Of a stretch of DNA of 64,000 nucleotides, positions 1 through 9,055 are shown piece after piece. The first letter of the stretch is position 1, and each line of letters starts with the position of its first letter. A program made the position numbers and the translations under genes. The stretch comes from an uncultured Negativicutes bacterium (GTDB lineage Bacteria; Bacillota; Negativicutes; JBAXTZ01): NCBI GenBank assembly GCA_963721525.1, contig CAVRJL010000006.1, forward strand, positions 1 to 64,000. Direction: 5' to 3'. Under the pieces are notes generated by a model. That model was not told where the DNA came from. It was given only the letters and a program-made list of their open reading frames with translations, and did no database searches.

Positions 1-360
1 AACTTTCTTATAAAAACCTGCTAATGACGCAGCAAAACTAGTAGTAGTATCGCCATGGACAAGGATTAAATTCGGTTTAATTTTTTCAAACTTTTCTTCT
101 AATCCTCCAATAATTTTACAAGTAATGTCCGATAAAGATTGATTTTCCCTCATAATATCTAAATTAAAATAAGGTTTTATACTAAATATTTTCTAAAACT
201 TGATCAAGCGTTTCTCGATGTTGACCAGTGACAATTACTAAAGGCTCTATAATATTAGAATATTTATTTAACTCTTTAACAATAGGTGACATTTTAATAG
301 CTTAGGGCGTGTCCCAAAAACTATAACTATTTTAAATTTATTTTTTTTAAAGCCTAGCAT
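1..360 (-). pseudogene. wecB: UDP-N-acetylglucosamine 2-epimerase, two frameshifts, runs off the window edge
   Basis: Manual translation gives FGTRP/(frameshift ~303)/AIKMSPIV...VTGQHRETLDQVLE/(frameshift ~190)/IFSIKP...LVHGDTTTSFAASLAGFY. The frame from the ATG at 360 stops early. Confidence 0.85.
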
Positions 361-375
361 TTTAACTACACATCC

Positions 376-1407
376 CTATTTGTCGAAATTATTTGTTTTT
401 TTGAGTAAAAGTATTATCTTTACATTTAATACGATATTTATAGTTAACACAAATAGTATTATTAAATTAATATCATAAGTGTATTTTATGAATAAAATTG
501 CAAATGTACATAATATAATACTTATACCATACATAACAAGTACTGCTTGTTTCATAGTAAGCCCTTTTTGAAGAAGTTTATGATGCAAATGTCCTTTATC
601 CGGAGTAAAAATTGGTTTTCCGTTTTTAAAACGTCGTATAATAGTACAAGTAGTATCAAAAATAGGTACTCCAAGAGCTAAAATAGGGACCATTATTGTT
701 ATTGCAGTTAAGCTTTTAATCGAACCCGCCATAGAAACGCTAGCTAAACAATAACCTAAAAACATACTTCCTGTATCACCCATAAATATAGTTGCAGGAT
801 TAAAATTATATTGTAAAAAGCCTAAAGTCGCTCCTACTATAGCTAATGTCATAATACCAGTTATAATGAAATTTACTTTAATTGCCATTATCGAAATAGT
901 AACAGCAGCAATTAAAGAAATACCTGCTGCTAAACCATCTAATCCATCAATAATATTTATAACATTAATAAATCCTATAACCCATAATATAGTTAATGGA
1001 ACAGAAATAAATATAGGTAAATGAATTATTTCAGCCCCAAAAGGATTAGAAATCCACTCTATACGCACATCAAAAAAAATCAAAATACAAGCAGCAATAA
1101 TTTCAACTAACAATTTTTTCTTAGGTTTCACTCCAACTAAATCATCACAAATTCCTAAGATGAGAACTACAGTTCCGCCAGTAATAATAGAAATAATCTC
1201 ATTTGTTAAATTTACCGTACATAAAATAGCACTAATAAAAGCTATATATATAGCAAGCCCACCTAAACGTGCTATTGGTTTTTGATGAACTTTTCGTAGT
1301 TCAGGGATATCTATAGCCCCTATTTTAAATGCTAGTTTCTTTATTAATGGAGTTAAAAAATATGATACTGTTAATGAAATTAAAAAAGATTTTATATATA
1401 CATTCAT
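376..1407 (-). CDS. tagO: Undecaprenyl-phosphate GlcNAc-1-phosphate transferase (MraY/WecA/TagO family)
   Basis: Polytopic membrane protein with motifs KVHQKPIARLGG, NIIDGLDGLA, FMGDTGS and HLHHKL; sits next to wecB. Confidence 0.9.
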   Translation of the reverse strand: MNVYIKSFLISLTVSYFLTPLIKKLAFKIGAIDIPELRKVHQKPIARLGGLAIYIAFISAILCTVNLTNEIISIITGGTVVLILGICDDLVGVKPKKKLLVEIIAACILIFFDVRIEWISNPFGAEIIHLPIFISVPLTILWVIGFINVINIIDGLDGLAAGISLIAAVTISIMAIKVNFIITGIMTLAIVGATLGFLQYNFNPATIFMGDTGSMFLGYCLASVSMAGSIKSLTAITIMVPILALGVPIFDTTCTIIRRFKNGKPIFTPDKGHLHHKLLQKGLTMKQAVLVMYGISIILCTFAILFIKYTYDINLIILFVLTINIVLNVKIILLLKKTNNFDK

Positions 1408-2048
1408 TATATTTTACCTTTAAATAATTTTATTTCCTTGTAATATCCTTTTTTAATCAATTTGCAGATATGTATTTTATTAGCTTGTTCCAAATTTATG
1501 TCAAAATCTTCTTTTAAGATATATAACATCGTAAAGCAACATTGAATCACATCACACAATTCACTAGCAATACAATTGATTTTTACTCTATAGATTAATA
1601 CATTTTTTTCTCCTGAAGCACCCGAAAATTTACCTATATATTGTGTCAATTCGCCTAATTCTTCCTGTATCTTACAAAGGGTGTCTATTATATTTGCTTG
1701 TATATAAATTTTAGGTAATTTTAAATATTTATAATCATTTTTATTAATCACTTGATAGTTCTCTTTTATATTATAAAAATATTTTTTTTTAATGAGTTTT
1801 TCTAAATGTAAGGTAATAGTATTATTTATATTAAGATGATAATCTTCTTCTAATACAAACAACATTGTAACACATGTTTGAACAACATCTAATAACTCGC
1901 TTATAATTTCATTCAACCCATTAATATTTTCTTTATTTTTACAAAATTTTAAAATTATTCGAGATAACTCACCTGTTTCTTCAACTGCTTTTAAAACAGT
2001 CGAATTCAAATTTGGTTTCAATTTATTAAGTTTAGGTAATTTCAACAT
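1407..2048 (-). CDS. Tandem MazG-like NTP pyrophosphohydrolase domain protein
   Basis: Two internal repeats LKLPK...K(A/I)xEExGEL...SELxDV(V/I)Q, each with the EExxE and ExxD metal motifs. Confidence 0.7.
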   Translation of the reverse strand: MLKLPKLNKLKPNLNSTVLKAVEETGELSRIILKFCKNKENINGLNEIISELLDVVQTCVTMLFVLEEDYHLNINNTITLHLEKLIKKKYFYNIKENYQVINKNDYKYLKLPKIYIQANIIDTLCKIQEELGELTQYIGKFSGASGEKNVLIYRVKINCIASELCDVIQCCFTMLYILKEDFDINLEQANKIHICKLIKKGYYKEIKLFKGKI

Positions 2049-2473
2049 TTTTCTATATCCATTTTTATAATTTCAATTTCAGGCACAGCACAGAACCAAT
2101 CAATATATGTTTTATAAAAACGTGCATACACTATTTTTATAATTCCTGAATTTATTATTAATTTTTGACATTCAGGACAAGGATAATCTGTACAATATAA
2201 GGTAGCTTCAACCCGATCTTGGGGAGAACATTCTAATAAAGCATTTACCTCTGCATGAATACAGCGTAAACAATGCTTATTGATAAGATTACAACCACCG
2301 TCTATGCAATGAGGTAATCTAATTGGACTCCCATTATAACCTGTACTTTTTATTCTTTTATTTTTTACAATAATAGCGCCTACAGAACGTCTTAAACAAG
2401 TACTGCGTTTGCTTACTATAAATGTAATACCTAAAAAATATTTATCCCAACTTATACGCACTTTAACCTCCAA
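2042..2473 (-). CDS. dCMP deaminase (ComEB-like cytidine/deoxycytidylate deaminase)
   Basis: RSTCLRRSVGA, TGYNG, HAEVNAL and PCPEC zinc motifs. Confidence 0.9.
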   Translation of the reverse strand: MEVKVRISWDKYFLGITFIVSKRSTCLRRSVGAIIVKNKRIKSTGYNGSPIRLPHCIDGGCNLINKHCLRCIHAEVNALLECSPQDRVEATLYCTDYPCPECQKLIINSGIIKIVYARFYKTYIDWFCAVPEIEIIKMDIEKC

Positions 2474-2521
2474 TTATACAATTGTAACAAATTTAGTTAG
2501 TTAAATGAAAAGGCTTTTATA

Positions 2522-2557
2522 ATAAAAAACTCGCAGATATAAAAATATATCTGCGAG
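2522..2557 (-). terminator. Intrinsic terminator after the zinc-ribbon gene
   Basis: Hairpin CTCGCAGATAT...ATATCTGCGAG followed by a T-run on the minus strand. Confidence 0.8.
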
Positions 2558-2577
2558 CTAAACTTACTTATCGAACA

Positions 2578-2856
2578 CTAATAAGTTTTTTTTGTTTGAA
2601 AGCATGTGCTACAATATACAGGTCTCTCACTACGTGGCTTGAATGGAACCTGGCAAGTAGAACCACACTCTGCACATACCACCTCATACATTTCACGGTT
2701 CGATTGACGAGCCTGTTTTTTTGATACACGACATGTCTTACAGCGTTGGGGCTCGTTTTCCAAACCCTTCTCTTTATAAAATACCTGTTCTCCTACTGTG
2801 AAAATGAATTCTGTACCACAGTCCTTACATATTAAGTTTTTGTCTTGAAAATCCAT
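2578..2856 (-). CDS. Zinc-ribbon / CxxC-x17-CxxC domain protein
   Basis: DKNLICKDCG..F.FT.GEQ.FY.EKG..NEPQRC..CR, then CAECG...VPFKP...PVYCSTCF. Confidence 0.85.
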   Translation of the reverse strand: MDFQDKNLICKDCGTEFIFTVGEQVFYKEKGLENEPQRCKTCRVSKKQARQSNREMYEVVCAECGSTCQVPFKPRSERPVYCSTCFQTKKTY

Positions 2857-2894
2857 TGTGTAACTCTACCTCTTTAGATAAAAATTTTCGCTTC

Positions 2895-3092
2895 TATTTG
2901 GTTGACCTGGTTTTTTACCCCACACTCGCCTGCTGGAAAATTCGCTACTCGTTAATAACTTTCACTACTACTTCTCTCGTATTGATTTACGGCAGGGCTT
3001 ACCCCAAAGCCGCACCATGCTCACAGCTTCAACTGCTTACGTGGACTGTTTCGCCTGCGACTAGCATCAGCTTTCAACCACAAACCCAAATA
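2895..3092 (-). ncRNA. raiA motif RNA
   Basis: GC-rich island matching the conserved raiA blocks: GGTTGAAAG, AGTCGCAGGC, TCCACGTAAG, GAGCATGGTGCGGC, GTAAG.CCTGCCG, TCCAGCAGGCGAGTGTGGGG, ACCAGGTCAAC. The two ends can pair. Confidence 0.9.
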
Positions 3093-3105
3093 TCTGCTAG
3101 AAGAC

Positions 3106-3134
3106 ATTATATTATCTATTCCGAAGAAATGCAA
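3106..3134 (-). promoter_or_regulatory. SigA-type promoter for the raiA RNA / zinc-ribbon gene
   Basis: TTGCAT-17 nt-TATAAT just upstream of the RNA. Confidence 0.65.
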
Positions 3135-3297
3135 CATTTTTAAAAATTATAGTAGTTTTTCTTTTATTAATTTTATTAAAAAGTACCTATATCAAAACGA
3201 TTTAACAATTCATCTAAATTTTTTTCATAAAGATAAACTAATGTAAAAATAAAACGCCATAATCAATTATATGGTATAAATAAGTTTTTATATTTTT

Positions 3298-4485
3298 TTA
3301 TGCCAAAATTTTTGTAACAGCACCAGCACCAACTGTTTTTCCACCTTCACGTATTGCAAATCTTAGCCCTTCTTCTATTGCTATCGGTGTTATTAATTCT
3401 ATTACCATTGCTATATGATCTCCAGGCATACACATCTCTACTCCCTCTGGCAATTTTACTATACCTGTTACATCTGTTGTTCTAAAATAAAATTGAGGCC
3501 TATATCCATTGAAAAAAGGAGTATGTCTTCCTCCTTCTTCTTTGCTTAATACATATACTTGAGCTTCAAATCGCATATGAGGATTGATTGAACCAGGCTT
3601 TGCCAATACTTGTCCTCTCTCTATGTCTTTTCTCTCTACTCCTCTTAATAAACATCCTACATTATCTCCCGCATATGCTTCATCTAGTAATTTCCTAAAC
3701 ATTTCTATCCCTGTTACTACTACGCTTCTTGCCTTTTCTGTAAATCCCACTATTTCTACTGTTTCTCCTACTTTTACTGCTCCCCTTTCTACTCTTCCTG
3801 TAGATACTGTTCCCCTTCCTGTTATTGTAAATACATCTTCTACTGGCATTAAAAATGGTTTATCTATCGCTCTTTGTGGTGCAGGCATATACCTATCTAC
3901 CTCATCCATTAATTCATTTATCGCCTTAACACATTTTTTATCGCCTTCTAATGCTTTTAATGCTGATCCTTTTATTATTGGTATCTCATTCCCAGGAAAT
4001 TCATAGCTTGTCAATAATTCTCTTATTTCCATCTCTACTAACTCTATTAATTCTGGATCATCCACCATATCTATTTTATTTAAAAATACTACTATGGCTG
4101 GCACACCTACTTGTCTTGCTAATAATATATGTTCTCTCGTTTGCGGCATTGGTCCATCTGCTGCCGATACTACCAATATCGCTCCGTCCATTTGTGCCGC
4201 TCCTGTTATCATATTTTTTACATAATCTGCATGCCCTGGACAATCCACATGCGCATAATGTCTTTTCTCTGTTTCATATTCCACATGTGCTGTATTTATC
4301 GTTATTCCTCTCTCTCTTTCTTCTGGTGCTTTATCTATTGCATCATATGCCATATATTCTGCTTTTCCCTGTTCTGCTAGCACTTTTGTAATTGCAGCCG
4401 TTAATGTTGTCTTCCCATGGTCTACGTGTCCTATTGTTCCTATATTTATATGCGGTTTTGTTCTCTCAAATTTCTTCTTACCCAT
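3298..4485 (-). CDS. tuf: Elongation factor Tu
   Basis: [28 protein letters not shown] and [10 protein letters not shown] motifs. Confidence 0.99.
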   Translation of the reverse strand: MGKKKFERTKPHINIGTIGHVDHGKTTLTAAITKVLAEQGKAEYMAYDAIDKAPEERERGITINTAHVEYETEKRHYAHVDCPGHADYVKNMITGAAQMDGAILVVSAADGPMPQTREHILLARQVGVPAIVVFLNKIDMVDDPELIELVEMEIRELLTSYEFPGNEIPIIKGSALKALEGDKKCVKAINELMDEVDRYMPAPQRAIDKPFLMPVEDVFTITGRGTVSTGRVERGAVKVGETVEIVGFTEKARSVVVTGIEMFRKLLDEAYAGDNVGCLLRGVERKDIERGQVLAKPGSINPHMRFEAQVYVLSKEEGGRHTPFFNGYRPQFYFRTTDVTGIVKLPEGVEMCMPGDHIAMVIELITPIAIEEGLRFAIREGGKTVGAGAVTKILA

Positions 4486-4518
4486 TTATTAGGTAACCTC
4501 CTTACAATATAAATTTGT

Positions 4519-4551
4519 AAAAAAAAACCTTGTTAAGGTATATTTAACAAG
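4519..4551 (-). terminator. Terminator-like hairpin between the tRNA cluster and tuf
   Basis: CTTGTTAA-N7-TTAACAAG followed by G and a 9-T run on the minus strand. Confidence 0.5.
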
Positions 4552-4592
4552 ATAAATTGAAAAAAATTTGAACTTTTATCGTCAGCTAATTT

Positions 4593-4669
4593 TGGTGGCG
4601 GCGCAGGGATTCGAACCCCGGACATATCGAGTATGAACCGATTGCTCTAGCCAACTGAGCTACGCCGCC
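4593..4669 (-). tRNA. tRNA-Met (CAT), elongator type
   Basis: GGCGGCGTAGCTCAG...TT CAT AC...GTTCGAATCC...CGCCGCCACCA cloverleaf. Confidence 0.9.
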
Positions 4670-4670
4670 A

Positions 4671-4746
4671 TAGAGTTAATAACCGGAGTTGCACCGACGA
4701 CCTTATTCTTCTCAAGGATATGCTCTGCCAACTGAACTACATCAAC
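4671..4746 (-). pseudogene. Degenerate tRNA: Thr(GGT)-like body, anticodon now GAG
   Basis: GTTGATG TA GTTC AGTTGGCA GAGC A TATCC TTGAGAA GAATA AGGTC GTCGG TGCAACT CCGGT TATTAAC T CTA. The T-loop is broken, the anticodon stem has a C-A mismatch and the 3' end is CTA instead of CCA. Confidence 0.75.
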
Positions 4747-4793
4747 AGATGTATTTATATCAACAAAATAAATAAAAGAATTAGTAATAAAAC

Positions 4794-4869
<76 letters not shown>

Positions 4870-4877
4870 ATATTAAA

Positions 4878-4962
4878 TGGTGGAAGAGGCTGGATTCGAA
4901 CCAGCGAAGGCAAAGCCGACAGATTTACAGTCTGCTCCCTTTAGCCGCTCGGGAACTCTTCC
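4878..4962 (-). tRNA. tRNA-Tyr (GTA)
   Basis: Anticodon loop CTGTAAA, long variable arm, GTTCGAATCC, CCA end. Confidence 0.95.
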
Positions 4963-4971
4963 AACAAATAA

Positions 4972-5047
4972 TGGAGCTGGCGAGAGGAATCGAACCCCCA
5001 ACCCGCTGATTACAAGTCAGCCGCTCTACCTATTGAGCTACGCCAGC
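4972..5047 (-). tRNA. tRNA-Thr (TGT)
   Basis: GCTGGCGTAGCTCAA...CTTGTAA...GTTCGATTCC...GCTCCA. Confidence 0.95.
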
Positions 5048-5074
5048 AACACCTTCCCTACATTGAATAAACGT

Positions 5075-5104
5075 ATTATATGTTATAATAATATATCTTG
5101 TCAA
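5075..5104 (-). promoter_or_regulatory. SigA promoter of the tRNA-tuf operon
   Basis: TTGACA-18 nt-TATAAT upstream of tRNA-Thr. Confidence 0.6.
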
Positions 5105-5243
5105 TATAATTTTTTTGTTTTCTGTTCATTATAAGTAAAAATCATGTTATATCCTATTTATTATTATTTTTTAAGTTTTTTAAAATAGGCATAAAAACTT
5201 GAAAAATGTTAAAATATAATAAATGAATTTCTTAGGAGCTTAT

Positions 5244-5771
5244 ATGTTTCCACCTAAATCGATTTATTGTAGTGAAAAAACAGAATATATGACACACCTT
5301 TATGAAAACCAATTAGTTTTAAAATCTCACCCTATAATAGCATTTCGTGGATATATGGATTTGTTGCAATGTGAGTTAATATTAATGCAAGCTGAATGCA
5401 ATAATTTAAACTTTAAAAAAACGAGTTCCAATATAAAACAAATTGCTAGTTTATGTAGAACTATACTGACATGCGAAGTAAAGAAAATATCATTTGATTT
5501 TCCTTTATTGTTAGGCTTAACCTCTGAACAATTGCGCCTTCGCAGTCACTACCCTAAAAAATATTATGGGATAGATCATCATCCTCCTTCAGTACATTCT
5601 AGTTTAATTAGTCTTAAACTTCATAGGGTTCGTTCTTTATGTCGTCAAACTGAATTAGCAGCTATAAACGCTTTTTGTAAAAATAAAAATAAAATAACTC
5701 GTCTTGATATTATTCAAGCGCTTAATCGCATATCAAGCGCTCTATATATTTTAGCTCTTAAAAAAAGGTAA
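5244..5771 (+). CDS. eutT: EutT-type cobalamin adenosyltransferase (short form)
   Basis: KTEYMTHL...L..KSHP.IAFRG.MD, LRLRSHYPKKYYG, R..ELAA and LNRISSALYI motifs. AGGAG RBS precedes the ATG at 5244. Confidence 0.7.
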   Translation: MFPPKSIYCSEKTEYMTHLYENQLVLKSHPIIAFRGYMDLLQCELILMQAECNNLNFKKTSSNIKQIASLCRTILTCEVKKISFDFPLLLGLTSEQLRLRSHYPKKYYGIDHHPPSVHSSLISLKLHRVRSLCRQTELAAINAFCKNKNKITRLDIIQALNRISSALYILALKKR

Positions 5772-6396
5772 ATAGATAATATTAAATATATTATAAGTGT
5801 TAAAGATAACTTTTTCCCTCATTCATGTAATAATCTAGAAAAAATGTCTTTGTTCACTTAATCGTTTATCTTACTCATATAGCAATAGAATTTTTACATC
5901 TAAAGGAACGCGGTGAAGGCGCACAATTTATCAAAAACTATTGGAATAAATGAGTTAGCAAAGTGTTTAAATTTAAATTTAAATTTCTTCAACCTAAAAA
6001 ATATCGCCGTTTCAAAATTTAATGGACTGAAAACAAAATAAATATATTAAAAAAAGATTTAAAAAATTAGAATTATCGAAGATCCTTATTATAGGGAAAG
6101 GAAAATAACAATTAAATACATCTATCTCTATACTAAATAAACATAATATATTTAGGTTCATAACTATTAGTTTAGAGAAAATAGAAGAAAAAGTTTTCTT
6201 GCTAAATCAAAAAATCATATTATCTTATCACAATAAAGTATTGTTCCATATTTTATGCTTAAGATAAGAACAAAGTACAAAATAAAGTTACGAAAAAAAT
6301 TTTAAGGCAATTAATATTGTGAAAAGCGCAACTTTAGAAGAACATTTAGCTATTTGCAAAATAAATGAAAAAATAAATAAAATAATTCTAAATTTT

Positions 6397-6774
6397 TTAA
6401 AAACAATTGATAGCTGAAATATTAATATCAGGTCTTAATTTTATTGCACCTTTCAGATAAATATGTTTAATTTCAGAAGCAGTTTTTTGTGTTTCTATTA
6501 ATAATAATAATCGAATACATTTTTTTATACTTCTTTTACATTTTATTTCTTGAGTTCCAAATAAAGGTAAATTGTTAAATCCAAGCTTACGTATACCAGA
6601 TACCGGAAACCCTGCTGTTAAATCATTTGTACTACTTGTTATAATAGCCCCGACCTTATCTATTTCCACTTTATTTCTTCTAATAATTTCCATAAATAAA
6701 CTTGCAGTTTCTCGTTCAATTTCTTGTCGAGAATTTTTATTTACTGTAATTGCGCCACGTATTCCTCTCATCAT
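6397..6774 (-). CDS. aroH: Chorismate mutase, AroH class
   Basis: MRGIRGAITV, DLTAGFP, CIRLLL and HIYLKGAIKLRPD motifs. Confidence 0.9.
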   Translation of the reverse strand: MMRGIRGAITVNKNSRQEIERETASLFMEIIRRNKVEIDKVGAIITSSTNDLTAGFPVSGIRKLGFNNLPLFGTQEIKCKRSIKKCIRLLLLIETQKTASEIKHIYLKGAIKLRPDINISAINCF

Positions 6775-7721
6775 ATTGTCTTTTCCTTTTTGTGTAAAGA
6801 TGCATAAATTTCTTCTAATTTTCTCAACCTATGATTTATTCCTGATTTTGAAATAGCACTATTTGCTAATTTTACAAGTTCGTTAATCGTGGCATCAGGA
6901 TTATCCACCCTTGCTTTTGCAGTTATTCTAAGATTCAATGGTAACCAATCATACCCTTTTTTTTCAAAAATATAATTAATTTTTTCAATTTGTCTTGCTG
7001 CAGCATAAACTGTTTTTTTTAAATTAGCAGTTTCACAATTTACTGTTCTATTTATTCTATTTCGCATTTCTTTAAGTACGCGAACGTTCTCAAATTTAAA
7101 CAAACCATTATTAGCCCCAATTATTCTCAAAAAACTTATTATTGATTCTGCATCTTTCATATAAACAATACCATTATCTTTTTTTTTAATAAATTTACTT
7201 TGTATAGAAAATTTTTTTAACAATTTAATAAATAAGAAAGCTACCTCCTTGTTCTTTAAAATAAATTCTATATGATAATCCCTAATAGGAGTGCTAACTG
7301 AACCACATCCTAAAAATATACCTCTTAAATAGGTTCTTTTACAACATATTTTTTTTAATATATTTTTTTCTTTAAAAAACCTCAATATTTTATCATAGTA
7401 CAATATTCCCAGTTGTTGAAGTAGTTGCCCTATATTTTGTTCGGAAAATATTCTTAAAAAATATTTATTTTTTTTTTTTAATTTTTTAATAGGATATAAT
7501 CCTAACTCTATTTTTAAATTATTGAATTTTTTTAATATTGTCAACGCTTTTCTCACAACCGCCGCATGATAAGAATAAAAAGCAAATCCTATTCTATTAC
7601 TGCCAACAAGTACGTTGCCACCTGCCTGTAATAACCCTGCTATTTCCGCATTCTCACAACATATATCTGTGTTTTTTACGTGCGCCAATTCATTTTTCAC
7701 TTCTTGAGTAAATGATATCAT
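6771..7721 (-). CDS. whiA: DNA-binding protein WhiA
   Basis: SFTQEVKNEL, YLRGIFLGCGSV, RNRINRTVNCETANL and SKSGINHRLRKL motifs. Confidence 0.95.
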   Translation of the reverse strand: MISFTQEVKNELAHVKNTDICCENAEIAGLLQAGGNVLVGSNRIGFAFYSYHAAVVRKALTILKKFNNLKIELGLYPIKKLKKKNKYFLRIFSEQNIGQLLQQLGILYYDKILRFFKEKNILKKICCKRTYLRGIFLGCGSVSTPIRDYHIEFILKNKEVAFLFIKLLKKFSIQSKFIKKKDNGIVYMKDAESIISFLRIIGANNGLFKFENVRVLKEMRNRINRTVNCETANLKKTVYAAARQIEKINYIFEKKGYDWLPLNLRITAKARVDNPDATINELVKLANSAISKSGINHRLRKLEEIYASLHKKEKTI

Positions 7722-7737
7722 AATTTATTTCAAAAAA

Positions 7738-9045
7738 TTATTTATTTTTTATATATAATTTTTTCATTAATTTTATTAAAATACTTAATAATTTATTTAT
7801 ATCATGCCTTACATAATTTGTTTGATTTACCAAATCAGCTAAAATATAATTTATGTTAGTTTTTTCTATTTCTGCGATATCTACAATAACCGGAAATGTA
7901 TGTTTGGTAGCATAAATATGAAGCATATTATCAGCTATGAAATCGTCGTTTATAATTGCATAATCTATTATTTTTCCTACATGCTTTATTATTGCATTAA
8001 GATGGTCGCTTACGGTATACTTTTCTGTTTCACCATATTGGGTCATTATATTACAAATATATATTTTAGGAGCTTTAGATCTGGTAATAGCTTGTCTTAT
8101 GCCTTCTATTAATAAATTAGGTATAATACTCGTATATAAGCTACCTGGTCCAATTATAATTATATTCGCCTCTAATATTGCATCTACCACCTTATCGAGT
8201 GGTTTTATATTTTCAGGTTTAAGGTAAAGTTGGTCTATTTTTTTTCTCGCTTTACTTATATTTTCTTCTCCTTCAATATATAGCCCATCCTTAGTTTTCG
8301 CTACTAATTTAATAATTGATTTGGTGGAAGGCAATACTTTACCATAAAGTTTAAATATTTTAGAAGCAGCATTCATTGCTAGTTCCACATCTCCTAACTC
8401 TTTTACTAAAGCCGCCAAAAGCAAATTTCCTAAATTATGTCCTTTTAAATTACTTTCATCTTTAAATCTATATTGCAATAATTTTTCAAATAAAGGCTCT
8501 GAATCTGATAAAGCTACTAAACAATTTCTCAAATCTCCAGGTGGAATTATTCCTAATTCCTTACGTAATTTTCCTGAAGATCCACCGGTATCACTTACTG
8601 TTACAACAGCCGTGATGTTACTACTTACAGTTTTCAATCCACGCAATAAAACTGATAAACCAGTTCCTCCGCCTATTGTAACTATTTTTGGACCTAAACT
8701 TAATTTATGTTTATTAAAAATAACATCTATTAGACTATAATCTCCTCTATAAGGATCAAATATTGTTATTATAGTATACAACATATGAGTAGCAGCCCAA
8801 TAAACACCAATTGCTCCTACTATAATTAAATATAAACCCAACGCTTTTACAAGTATATAAGCATTAGTTCCTAATAAACAATATATTTGTTTAAAAAGTA
8901 AATTTTTAAAATAGAAAATGGAATTATAGTTTAGTATTAAATTAAACCCAAAACTTGCTACTGAAAGAAATAATAATATAAAAAAACACCATCTTTTAAT
9001 TTTCATGCCTGGATACAAAAAACTTAAATATTTATTACTGTGCAT
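7738..9045 (-). CDS. yvcK: YvcK/GlmR gluconeogenesis factor with N-terminal membrane extension
   Basis: IGGGTGLS, DTGGSSGKLR, PPGDLRN and GPGSLYTSIIPNL; lies in the rapZ-yvcK-whiA operon. Confidence 0.9.
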   Translation of the reverse strand: MHSNKYLSFLYPGMKIKRWCFFILLFLSVASFGFNLILNYNSIFYFKNLLFKQIYCLLGTNAYILVKALGLYLIIVGAIGVYWAATHMLYTIITIFDPYRGDYSLIDVIFNKHKLSLGPKIVTIGGGTGLSVLLRGLKTVSSNITAVVTVSDTGGSSGKLRKELGIIPPGDLRNCLVALSDSEPLFEKLLQYRFKDESNLKGHNLGNLLLAALVKELGDVELAMNAASKIFKLYGKVLPSTKSIIKLVAKTKDGLYIEGEENISKARKKIDQLYLKPENIKPLDKVVDAILEANIIIIGPGSLYTSIIPNLLIEGIRQAITRSKAPKIYICNIMTQYGETEKYTVSDHLNAIIKHVGKIIDYAIINDDFIADNMLHIYATKHTFPVIVDIAEIEKTNINYILADLVNQTNYVRHDINKLLSILIKLMKKLYIKNK

Positions 9046-9055
9046 AATATATCTT

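Noticed and set aside
2856-3143. 95-aa plus-strand ORF
   Set aside because: It is the antisense shadow of the GC-rich raiA RNA and shows no protein motif.
4671-4746. CUN Leu-to-Thr codon reassignment through the GAG-anticodon tRNA
   Set aside because: CTT still encodes conserved Leu (e.g. the IEL motif of apt), and the tRNA has lost its Thr identity elements, T-loop and CCA.
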